A stretch of 64,000 bases of DNA from Squalus acanthias (lineage: Eukaryota). The DNA is taken from the NCBI GenBank assembly GCA_030390025.1, contig JASTWF010000329.1:310001-374000 (forward strand). The letters are read 5' to 3'. Positions within the stretch are counted from its first letter, which is position 1. Each line of letters begins with the position of its first letter. Positions 1 to 10,980 of this stretch are shown in pieces. Both the position numbers and the translations under genes were made by a program. Below the pieces are notes generated by a model. That model saw nothing but the letters and a program-made list of their open reading frames with translations. It was not told where the DNA came from and ran no database searches.

Positions 1-344
1 TAAACAAGCAAGTCAAATGGATCATCAAAAATAGTGAGACTTTTTAGAAAGGCTCAAGTCACTGAAACAGACAGGTTTACAATCACTGCACAGTACAGAA
101 GGGAGCGACTGTTCATGGGAGCTCTGTTAGTGAAGTCCGCCGACACTCCAAGATAAACGGGTCTGTCCCTTTAACTATAAATATGCAGAGAAAGGGGAGT
201 CCCTGTCCCTTTTAATATCTGGCCCATTCTCCCAGGCAGTGGGAGGAGGAACAGCTCGCGGTCTCTTTATAACCGAGCCCAGTTGGCCACGCGCAGGGAC
301 CCGCTCTGTGTGGAGGCGGGGCCTCGGGAAACTGCTCTACGTGC

Positions 345-1145
345 GGACAACTTACACTGAGACACCAAATCCAGGGACCATTTACACTGTGACACCAAAT
401 CAAGGGACCACTTACACTGTGACACCAAATGAAAAAGGATGTGCTCAGTTACACTGGTGTTGTCAACAGTTGTTTCTATCCCTAACCCGAACCCGTTAAT
501 AGGAGATCTGTTAACTGAGACCTCCGACACTCCAAGACAAAGAAGACTGTCCCTTTAAATATAAATATGCAGAGAAATGTGAGTCACTGTCCCTTTAAAT
601 ATCTGCCCCATTCCTCCAGGCAGTGGGAGGAGGAACAGGGCGCGGTCCCTTTATATCCTGAACCAGCGGGCCCCGCCAGATGGGCTGCCACATGTAGGAA
701 CCCCCTCTGTGTGGGGATCACTTACATTGAGACACCAAATCCAGGGATCACTTACACTGTGGCTCCAAATCCAAGCACCACTTACAATCAGACACGAAAT
801 CCAGGGACCACTAACACTGAGACACCAAATCCAGGGACCACTTACACTGTGACACCAAATCCAGGGATCACTTACACTGTGGCTCCAAATCCAGGGAGCA
901 CTTACAGTGTGACACGAAATCCAGGGACCACTTACACCCAGACACCAAATCCAAGGTAAACTTACACTGAGACACCAAATCCAGGGACCACTTACACTGA
1001 GACACCAAATCCAGGGACCACTTACACCCAGACACCAAATCCAAGGACCATTTACAGTGTTACACCAATTCCAGGGAGCACTTACACTATGACACTAGAT
1101 CCAGGGACCACTTACTGTGTGACACCAAATCTAAAGACCACTTAC
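345..1145 (+). repeat. 30-bp minisatellite (cttacactgagacaccaaatccagggacca), two blocks at ~345-432 and ~715-1145
   Basis: Direct tandem repetition. The same unit recurs at ~35690-35857 and, inverted, at ~10922-10980. Confidence 0.9.
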
Positions 1146-3683
1146 ATAGAAACATAGAAGATAGGAGCAGGAGTAGGCCAGTCGGCCCCTCGAGCCTGTT
1201 CCGCCATTTAATGAGATCATGGCTGATCATCCAAATTCAGTACCCTGTCCCTGCTTTCTCCCCATATCCCTTGATCCCTTTAGCCTTAAGAAATATATCT
1301 AACACCTTCTTGAATATATTTAATGAATTGGCCTCAACTGCCTTGTGTGGTAGAGAATTCCACAGGTTCACCACTCTCTGGGTGAAGAAATTCCTCCTCA
1401 TCTCTGTCCTAAATGGCTTACCCCTTATCCTTAGACTGTGACCCCCTGGTTCTGGACTCCCCCGCCATCGGGAACATCCTTCCTGCATCTAGTCTGTCTA
1501 GTCCTGTTAGAATTTTATAAGTTTCAATGAGATCCCCTCTCATTCTTCTAAACTCCAGCGACTAAAAGCCGAATCGACCCAATCTCTCCTCATACGTCAT
1601 TCCTGCCATCCCAGGTATCAGTCTGGTGAATCTTCGCTGCACTCCCTCCATGGCAAGAACATCCTTCCTCAGATAAGGTGACCAAAACTGCACACAATAC
1701 TTAAGGTGTGGTCTCACCAAGGCCCTGTACAACTGCAGCAAGACATCCTTGCTCCTGTACTCGAATCCTCTCGCTATGAAGGCCAACATACCATTTGCCT
1801 TCTTAACCGCCTGCTGCACTTGCATGCTTACCTTCAGCGACTGGTGCACAAGGACACCCAGGTCTCGTTGCACTTTCCCTTTTCCCAATCTATTGCCGTT
1901 CAAATAATAATCTGTCTTCCTGTTTTTGCCACCGAAGTGGATAACCTCGCATTTATCCACATTATACTGCATTTGCCATGCATCTGCCCAATCACCCAAC
2001 CTGTCCAAATCATACTGGAGTTTCTCTGCATCCTCCTCACAACACACACGCCCACCCAGCTTTGTGTCGTCTGCAAACTTGGAGATATTACATCTAGTTC
2101 CCTCATCTAGATCATTTATATATATTGTGAATAGCTGGGGTCCTACCACTGATCCCTGAGGTACCCCACTAGTCACTGCCTGCCACTCGGAAAAAGACCC
2201 ATTTATTCCAACTCTTTTCTTCCTGTCTGCCAACCAGTTCTCTATCCAAGACAGTACCTTACCCCTAATCACGTGTGCTTTAACTTTGCACGCTAATCTC
2301 TTATGCGGCACCTTATCGAAAACCTTCTGAAAGTCCAAAGACACCACATCCATTGGTTCTCCCTTATCTATTCTACCAGTTACATCCTCAAAAAATTCCA
2401 GTAGATTAGTCAAGCATGATTTACCTTTTGTAAATCCATCTTGACTTTGTCCGATCCTGTCACTGTTTTCCAAGTGCTCTGCTATTACATCTTTTATAAT
2501 GGACTCTAGCATTTTCCCCACTACCGATGTCAGACTTACCGGTCTATAATTCCCGTTTTCTCTCTACCCCCTTTTTTAAATAGTGGGGTTACATTAGCTA
2601 CCCTCCAATCCATGGGAACTGTTCCAGAGTCTATAGAATTTTGGAAGATGACCAGCAATGCATCTACTATTTGTAGGGCCACTCCCTTAAGTACCCTAGG
2701 ATGTAGATTATCAGGCCCTGGGGATATATCGGCCTTCAATCCCGTCAATTTCCCTAACACCATTTCCCTACAAATACTGATTTCATTCAGTTCCTCCCTC
2801 TCATTAGATCCTATGTTCCCTGACATCTCTGGGAGGTTATTTGTGTCCTCCTTTGTGAAGATAGAACCAAAGTATGTATTTAATTGGACTGCCATTTCTT
2901 TGTTCCCCATTATAAATTCCCCTGATTCTGACTGCAAGAGACCTACGCTTGACTTCGCCAATCTTTTTCTCTTCACATATCTATAGAAGCTTTTACAGTC
3001 AGTTTTTATGTTCCCTGAAAGCTTACTCTCATACTCTATTTTACCCCTCTTAATTAATCCCTTTGTCCTCCTTTGCTGAATCCTAAACTGCTCTCAATCC
3101 TCAGGTTTGCTGCTTTTTCTGGCCAATTTATATGTCCTCTCCTTGGATCTTAAGCTATCCCTAATTTCCCTTGTTAGCCACGGTTGAGTCATCTTTTTTG
3201 TTTTATTTTTATGCCAAACAGGGATGAACAAATTCTGTAGTTCATCCATGCGATCTTTAAATGTTTGCCATTGCCTATCCACCGTCAACCCTTTAAGTAA
3301 CGCTCCCCAATCCATCCTAGCCAACTTGCGCCTCATACCATCGTAGTTTCCTTTATTTAAATTCAGGACCCTAGTCTCTGAGTCAACTACTTCACTCTCC
3401 ATCTTAATGAAGAATTCTATCATATTATGATCGCTCTGACCCAAGGGCCCTCGCACAACAAGATTGCTAATTAATCCTTTCTCATTACATAATACCCAGT
3501 CTAAGATGGCCTGATCTCTAGTTGGTTCCTCGACATATTGGTCCAGGAAACCATCCCATATACACTCTAGGAATTCCTCCTCCACAGTATTGTTACTAAT
3601 TTGGTTAGCCCAATCTATATGTAGATTAAAGTCACCCATGATAACTGCTGTGCCCTTATTGCATGCGTCTCTAATTTCCCGTT
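1146..3683 (-). mobile_element. CR1-clade LINE, 5'-truncated, degenerate ORF2 (APE-RT)
   Basis: Minus-strand ORF pieces include GDFN (endonuclease), GVPQGS and KFADD (RT) and RNFFTQRVVNLWNSLP. A CR1 3' tail with short tandem repeats is at ~1146. Confidence 0.92.
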
Positions 3684-4770
3684 TAGAACGAGGGGGCATA
3701 GTCTCAGGATAAGGGGTCGGCCATTTAAGACTGAGATGAGGAGGAATTTCTTCACTCAGAGGGCTGTGAATCTTTGGAATTCTCTGCCCCAGAGGGCTGT
3801 GAAGGTTCAGTCTTTGAGTATATTCAAGGCTGAGATAGATTGATTTTTGGACTCTAGGGGAATCAAGGGATATGGAGATCGGACGGGAAAGTGGAGTTGA
3901 GGTGGATGATCAGCCATGATCTTATTGGGCCAAAAATTCGGCCCTTCCCGGGTGAGTACGCACTGTGTACTCACCCGTAAGGCGTCCTGAAGTGCCGGAT
4001 TCCTGCATGCACTGCGCATGCGCGGGAAACCGGAACTTCCGGTCTGGTGAAGGGGGGGGTTCAGAGGTGAACCGCGTGCACGGCAGAGGCTGCACACACG
4101 CAGCAAACTTAGGTTTTTTTTCAGGTTTCTACGGGAGGGTAAGTATTGAAGAACCTGCGCTTTTAAAAAGGAGGCGCAGGACCCGTTTTCAACAAGGTAA
4201 GTGGTTAATTAATTATAATTTAAAAAAAATTTCAACAGGTTTCTTTTTTAGATACTTTAAAGAAAGGTAAGTTTATTTTTAGCACTCTTAAAAAGTATTT
4301 TAATTTTTTCAAAAATTAAAATTTTTGTTTAAAGTAGTTAATTTATTTAACTTATAGTTATTTTATAAATGTGATGGTTTTTTTTAAATTTATTTGAAGT
4401 TTAGCTGTTCTTTTGGGGCCGATTTCAATTCATAGATTTGACAGGTCTTCCTGTCAAGTCTATGAATGAAAGATGGTCTGCTGCCATTGGCTCTCCATGG
4501 CCCACGTGATCCCAGGGGTCGCATCGCACTAACTACGCCCCTGGGACACGCAAGCACTGCGCGCCGGCACTTGGAGCAGGCCCAGGAGCTGAAGTTCCCG
4601 TGGGCCCAGAGGTCAACGGCAGGCGCGGTAGGTAAGTGCGCGCGTGATCCTTACCCCCGCGGCAAGCCGGAGAGGCGAATTTCAGGGCCATTGAATGGCG
4701 GAGCTGGCTCGAGGGGCCGTGTGACCTACTCCTGCTCCTAATTCTTATGATCTTTTCTTATGTTCTTAAT
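3684..4770 (+). mobile_element. CR1 3' fragment interrupted by a MITE
   Basis: CR1 3' sequence runs to gatcttatt (3926) and resumes at attgaatggcgg (4690). An uninterrupted inverted paralog is at ~42985-43290. Confidence 0.8.
3927..4689. mobile_element. Non-autonomous DNA transposon (MITE, possibly PIF/Harbinger-like)
   Basis: Imperfect TIRs (gggccaaaaattcg / cgaatttcagggcc) and a 3-bp ATT duplication at 3924-3926 and 4690-4692. The paralog at ~43045 shows the empty site. No ORF. The superfamily is an inference. Confidence 0.7.
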
Positions 4771-5135
4771 CTTAAACTTTCCTTTCAGTGAAGAGAGACG
4801 AGAAAGACCAAAGTGCCGTTTGCCCCTCTCAGTGTGGCCCTGAAGGACTGTGTCCAGGCTGTAGTTCTGTTCCCGCTGTACGATCCTCCCCCCAGATTGT
4901 CCTTTCTGAGCTCCAGCCAGGTGATGCTAAACACTCAGGTGGGAACGACAAAAATCCACAACAATGTGTTTAAAGCAAAGCTGATTTATTTGACATATAT
5001 CCAGAATATTAAACTCCAGCCCAGTTACAGGGGTTATTAACATCAGCAGAAACAAACCCCAGCTGTCAGTGTGAACACGATTCAGTTCAGGATGTAATTA
5101 ACAGCAGCAACAACAGCAGAATCCAACCCCTGCAA

Positions 5136-6509
5136 TCACTTGTGAACTCGCTGGTGTCTCAGCAGGTGGGATGACTGAGTGAATCCCTTCCCACACTCGG
5201 AGCAGGTGAACGACCTCTCCCCAGTATGAACTCGCTGGTGTTTCAGCAGGTTGGATGACTGAGCGAATCCCTGCCCACATTCAGAGCAGGTGAACGGCCT
5301 CTCCCCAGTGTGAACTCGCTGGTGTCTCAGCAGGTGGGATGACCGAGTGAATCTCTTCCCACACTCAGAGCAGGTGAACGGTCTCTCCCCAGTGTGAACT
5401 CGCTGGTGTGTCAGCAGGTCGGATGACCGAGTGAAACTCTTCCCACACTCAGAGCAGGTGAACGGCCTCTCCCCGGTGTGAGTGCGCTGGTGTACAGTGA
5501 GGTCAGATGATTTCCTGAAACCAGTCCCGCAGTGAGAGCATCTGAACGGTCTCTCGTCAGTGTGAAAACGCTGATGACACGTCAGTTCCCCGGAACTTTT
5601 ATAGCACTTCCCGCAGTCCTGGCAATTAAAAGGCCTCTCCCCAGTGTGAACTCGCTGGTGTGCCGTGAGGCTGGATGACTGAGTGAATCCCTTCCCACAC
5701 TCAGAGCAGGTGAACGGCCTCTCCCCAGTGTGAACTCGCTGGTGTGCTGTGAGGCCGGATGACTGAGTGAATCCCTTCCCACACTCGGAGCAGGTGAACA
5801 GTCTCTCCCCAGTGTGAACTCGCTGGTGTGACAGCAGGTCGGATGACTGAGTGAATCCTTTCCCACACTCAGAGCAGGTGAACGGCCTCTCCCCAGTGTG
5901 AATTCGCTGGTGTGTCAGCAGGTCGGATGACCGAGTGAAACCCTTCCCACATTCAGAGCAGGTGAACGGCCTCTCCCCGGTGTGAAATCGCTGGTGTGTC
6001 AGCAGGCTGGATGACCGAGTGAATCCCTTCCCACACTCAGAGCAGGTGAACGGCCTCTCCCCGGTGTGAGTGCGCTGGTGTACAGTGAGGTGAGATGATT
6101 GCCTGAACCCAGTCCCGCAGTGAGAGCACCTGAACGGTTTCTCGTGAGTGTGAACACGTTGATGGTACGTCAGTTCCCCGGAACTTTTATAGCATTTCCC
6201 GCAGTCCGGGCATTTAAAAGGTCTCTCCCCAGTGTGAACTCGCTGGTGTAACAGCAGGTCGGATGACCGAGTGAATCCCTTCCCACACTCAGAGCAGGTG
6301 AACGGCCTCTCCCTAGTGTGAAGTCGCTGGTGTGTCAGCAGGTCGTATGATCGAGTGTATCGATTCCCACACTCAAAGCAGGTGAACGGCCTCTCCCCGG
6401 TGTGACTGTGCTTGTGTCTCGATAGGTCAGAGGATCGGCTGAAGCCTCGTCCACACACAGAACACGTGTACGGTTTCGCCCCGCTCTGAACGGTGCTTTC
6501 TGCTTCCAT
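5136..6509 (-). CDS. Tandem C2H2 zinc-finger protein, 16 fingers, intact (ZNF-A)
   Basis: Open frame from the ATG at 6509 (MEAESTVQ...) with 16 CxxC-x12-HxxxH units and TGERPF linkers. A splice acceptor (ttttacag) precedes an exon starting at 6603. No KRAB domain is seen. Confidence 0.9.
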   Translation of the reverse strand: MEAESTVQSGAKPYTCSVCGRGFSRSSDLSRHKHSHTGERPFTCFECGNRYTRSYDLLTHQRLHTRERPFTCSECGKGFTRSSDLLLHQRVHTGERPFKCPDCGKCYKSSGELTYHQRVHTHEKPFRCSHCGTGFRQSSHLTVHQRTHTGERPFTCSECGKGFTRSSSLLTHQRFHTGERPFTCSECGKGFTRSSDLLTHQRIHTGERPFTCSECGKGFTQSSDLLSHQRVHTGERLFTCSECGKGFTQSSGLTAHQRVHTGERPFTCSECGKGFTQSSSLTAHQRVHTGERPFNCQDCGKCYKSSGELTCHQRFHTDERPFRCSHCGTGFRKSSDLTVHQRTHTGERPFTCSECGKSFTRSSDLLTHQRVHTGERPFTCSECGKRFTRSSHLLRHQRVHTGERPFTCSECGQGFAQSSNLLKHQRVHTGERSFTCSECGKGFTQSSHLLRHQRVHK

Positions 6510-6889
6510 GTTCAAAGGTCCTGATGAATTGAGTGAATCTGTCGGATCTTGAAGTGATGTTTTGTTTGAGTTTCCCGTCTGCAAATCCTCCCCGTCTAAC
6601 ACCCTGTAAAATAAATTTGAAACAGGAAAAAGGGAGGGTGAGAGAGAACCCACAAAAACACAAAGGCAGGTTGTGAAATTGAGCTGAATGAATCTGGGAA
6701 TTTGTGGGGCCGGCACGAGAAAAAAGTGACCATGAAAGCTGCCGGATTGTCGTAAAAACCCAACTGGTTCACTAATGTCCTTCAGGGAAGGGAACCCGCC
6801 ACCCGGTCTGGGCCGACACAAGACTCTGGCCTCTATGGGAGGAGAGAGAACGAGGTGGGAGGGGGAGGGGTGAAGGAGTGACTTTATAC

Positions 6890-7224
6890 ACCTGCAACTC
6901 GACTAGAACTTTGACAGAACCTCCCAAACACGCGACCTCCACCACCTAGAAGGACAAGGGCAGCAGGTGCATGGGAACACCATCACCTCCCAGTTCCCCT
7001 CCAAGTCACACACTATCCTGACTTGGGCATATATCGCCGTTCCTACATCGTCGCTGGGTGAAAATCCTGGAACTCCTCACCTAACAGCATTCTGAGTGTA
7101 CCTTCACCACACGGACGTCAGAGGTTCAAGAAGAAGGCCCAGCATCACCTTCTCAACGGAAGCTGGGGACTGGCAATATATGCTGGCCTTGCTAGTGACA
7201 CCCACATCGAATGAATTTAAAAAA
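6890..7224 (+). mobile_element. 3' end of a LINE/SINE-type retroposon
   Basis: LINE-like C-terminal remnant (aaatcctggaactcc...ggttcaagaagaaggc) ending in gaatgaatttaaaaaa. Partly present, inverted, at ~41030-41180. Family not resolved. Confidence 0.5.
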
Positions 7225-7671
7225 TCTGTATATATAAAATGGATTGAAAGCCTCTACAGAAATACTTGTTCCTAAAACGATAATCTTTTACACTGTACGG
7301 ACAGGGTCTGTTTAGCAACTTAATCTCCCCTGGAATCCACCTCCCTTCACAGTCTCACATTGGAAATTGTTGGGTCCCACTGGGCTCAGAAGTACTGGGG
7401 GTTAAACCCAGCAGCTTCTCCCCCCTCTCCACTCCAGCTCAAACTGATGCAACAAGAAAGACCAACACAGGAGGCCAGGGACCGAGTTCCACATCCACCG
7501 CCCACCCTGATGCTAACCGGCTCTGAATTGCTCCCTCTGCTGTATAAATGCAAGTTGTTGTGTTTCTTGTCTGGGGGAGGTGCTGCACCCTGGGGTTAAT
7601 GGTGCCGGGGCCCTGGCCGCACGTCCGCCGGCTCTGACTCGGGGCCTGAGACCCGCACTCGGTGTTGCTGA

Positions 7672-8533
7672 GGGATTCCAACCCTGGGACTGTACATGGG
7701 GATTCCAACCCTGGGACTGTACATGGGGTTTCTAACCCTGGGACTGTACATGGGGATTCCAACCCTGGGACTGTACATGGGGATTCTAACCCTGGGACTG
7801 TACATGGGGATTCTAACCCTGGGACTGTACATGAGGATTCTAACCCTGGGACTGTACATGGGGATTCTAACCCTGGGACTGTACATGGGGATTCCAACCC
7901 TGGGACTGTACATGGGGATTCTAACCCTGGGACTGTACATGGGGATTCTAACCCTGGGACTGTACATGGGGATTCTAACCCTGGGACAGTACATGGGGAT
8001 TCTAACCCTGGGACTGTACATGGGGATTCTAACCCTGGGACAGTACATGGGGATTCTAACCCTGGGACTGTACATGGGGATTCTAACCCTGGGACTGTAC
8101 ACGGGGATTCTAACCCTGGGACTGTCCATGGGGATTCCAACCCTGGGACTGTACATGGGGATTCTAACCCTGGGACTGTCCATGGGGATTCCAACCCTGG
8201 GACTGTACATGGGAATTCTAACCCTGGGACTGTCCATGGGGATTCCAACCCAGAGACTGTACATGAGGATTCCAACCCTGGGACTGTACATGGGGATTCC
8301 AACCCTGGGACTGTACATGGGGATTCTAACCCTAGGACTGTCCATCGGGATTCTAACCCTGGGACTGTACATGGGGATTCCAACCCTGGGACTGTACATG
8401 GGGATTCCAACCCTGGGACTGTACATGGGGATTCCAACCCTGGGACTGTACATGGGGATTCTAACCCTGGGACTGTACATGGGGATTCTAACCCTGGGAC
8501 TGTACATGGGGATTCCTATCCTGGGACTGTACA
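7672..8533. repeat. 27-bp minisatellite (~32 units) between ZNF-A promoter and coding exon
   Basis: Unit ctaaccctgggactgtacatggggatt. Confidence 0.95.
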
Positions 8534-8689
8534 AGGGGGGCCAAGCTCTGGGGCTCTTCTGTTACAACTGTGTGGGATGTTAACCGTATGCTCTGCTTTT
8601 ACCAGCGCCTTCAGGAGAGATGGTGAGAAATCCGAAGTGTGGAGAGTCTGAATCAAATAACTGAGTCAATGATTTACTCTCCCGGCACT

Positions 8690-9100
8690 AGGACCCGGTT
8701 GGGCACAGACACTGAAGCCCCGCCCACTCCTTGTTCCTGGCCAAGATGGTCGCGCATGCGCTTTGCTACTCACTGAATCAAGATGGCGGCCGTTATCCTG
8801 GGCCTCTGAGCGGGAGAAGCCCCGAAGCTGCAAACGCGGGACCTTCAGGTTATTATTCGGGGCCTACGGGCTACAGTAGTTGTTTATGAAGCCTGCCCGC
8901 CCACCTGCCGGACCATTATTCCGCTCCGTCGGGCCGCATCTCTTCGATTTACCAGCGCTGGTGTGTCGTGTCCATCTGACCAATTACACGCACCGCGCAT
9001 GCTCCAAACCCAGGCGGTCCCGCGCATGCGTGATGGGCTCCTGTAGTCTGGGTGCGGCACATTCTCCCCGCGGGGAATGCTGGGTATAACTCCCGCCATT
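8690..9100 (-). promoter_or_regulatory. CpG-rich promoter of ZNF-A
   Basis: NRF1-like gcgcatgcgc (~8752), YY1-like caagatggcggc (~8779) and a GC box. Homologous to the four other ZNF upstream modules. Confidence 0.7.
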
Positions 9101-9475
9101 GAAAGGCCGCATTAGTGATTGGAATTTAATTTACAAGGAATGCATTGAGCACTGAACCTTGTTCATTCTAGCAGTTAGAGTGTGTTTCTGCTGAACTTAA
9201 TAACCCCTATACCTGGGCTGGAGATTAATATTCTGTACAAATATTGAATACATCAGCTATGTTTCAAACTGACAGTCTGTCGAATAGTTGATCAGAGGAG
9301 ACGAATTGATGTTGTTAAAGACTGTTCTATTTGTGGGCCCTTTCCAACTCTAACTTATATCACTTCTCACCTCGTTCATCCTCTACCACATCAAATCCCA
9401 AGCTTGTTCTATTTGAGTACATGGCTTGTGGTTGTCAGAGACTGAACTGCAGTGTCTCACTGTACACTGATCTGA

Positions 9476-10134
9476 CTCACGCGGTGCGGAGAGGAGCGGG
9501 CAGATCGGAGGACCTCTCCGTAGGACTGCTCCTGGGCCTGGCCAAAAAAGGCCATCAACTGGTCCAGGCAGCAGGTAGTCGAGGGGGTCGTTCGGCCCAA
9601 TTGCCTGCCACTCTTCCGCGGCCATGTTCGCGCCCGGGTGGCCCTGGAGATGGAGCACGCGGTGTGGGCCGGCACCCTTGAGGCCTTCCGCGACCGGTGG
9701 GCGCCGCGGGGACTGGAGTGCATCATCACCCCGGCCAACCAAATTTTAATTTAATTTCTTAAGGTTCCTTTAAAGTTTTATTAATTTACAGTCAATTTTG
9801 TTTAATCACCCCAATAAAAGAGTACATTCATCTGACTCACTCGGTGCGGAGGGGAGCAGGCAGATCGGAGGACCTCCTCATAGGACTGCTCCTGGGCCTG
9901 GCCAAAAGGCCATTAACTCGTCCAGGCAGCGGGCGGTCGAGGGGGTTGTTCAGCCACGTTTGCGCCCGGGTGGCCCTGGAGATGGAGCACGCGGTGTCCG
10001 CGACCGGTGGGCACCACAGGGACTAAAGTGCATCATCACCCCCGGCAACCAATTTTTAATTTAATTTATTAAGTTTAATTTAATGTATTTTTGTTAAGTT
10101 ACAGTTTATTTGTTTATGGGTTGCTTAAAAAGAG
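9476..10134 (+). mobile_element. Two tandem 5'-truncated Tx1 3' fragments (9476-9822, 9836-10134)
   Basis: Both match the ORF2 C-terminus of the full-length Tx1 (VRRGAGRSEDLLVGLLLGLAKK) and end in aaaagag. A 13-bp repeat, tacactcatctga, occurs at 9463, 9823 and 10135. Confidence 0.88.
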
Positions 10135-10980
10135 TACACTCATCTGAAATTCCTTTGAACCACCCTTTATAGAACTATCTTGTATAAGATTTGCAATCCG
10201 TTATTTTCTGTATCATTTAACCGTTTTTGGATCCGATTTCGTAAAAACTCCTTCACACATACTGCATGTGATCGCCTTTGAAATGTTCTGATCTTTGTCA
10301 TTGTCATTGCTGATTTTGATGGTCGCTTTGATTCAATCTCTTGTTATTAACATACCTTGCACTATTTCTTTAATTGAGATCATTTTTTCTGATACTTCCT
10401 TTATCAGGTCTTTAGCGCCTCCATTGATCCCTTTTAATAATCCTTCATTTGGGTTTAGGGGCTGGGGTTCAGGTTAGGATGTTAGGCTTATGAGACAGTG
10501 ATTAGGGATAGAAACCACTATTGACAACGTCAGTGTCACTAGACATGTTCTCTTTCATTTCATGGTGTTTTAACATCACGCAGATGAGTCAGAAAACAGC
10601 CTCATGAATTGTTCATTCAAAGAACCTTCTTTCTGGCCCGAGCCTGATTTCCTCTCTTCTTTCACATCTCTACATTTGACACAGAAAAAGACATCAGGGT
10701 CATTAGATTTTGGGACAAGAACAGGCGGATCCAGGTGTTGTTCTGGTTACATCCAATCTTCGGCCTGCCTGAAAAGGGCTTCTGACAATAACCTGTCACC
10801 AGGCCCCACCAGTAACCATCTGATTCCAACGTCATATCTTCATCCATTACCTGCCCTCACTGGAGCTGGTTTCACCACCATGACCATTCCCCATACAGAG
10901 GCTCTCTGATTCCCATTTATAGACTCAGTGTAAATGATCCCTGGATTCGGTATCGCAGTGTAAGTCGTCCCTGGATTTGG

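Noticed and set aside
6510..6821. N-terminal extension of ZNF-A in the ORF track
   Set aside because: It starts at a non-ATG codon and crosses a polypyrimidine tract and acceptor, so most of it is likely intron.
7439..8651. 300-aa repetitive ORFs (ESPCTVPGL etc.), also at 40043-41072
   Set aside because: They are by-products of a 27-bp unit that is open in several frames on both strands.
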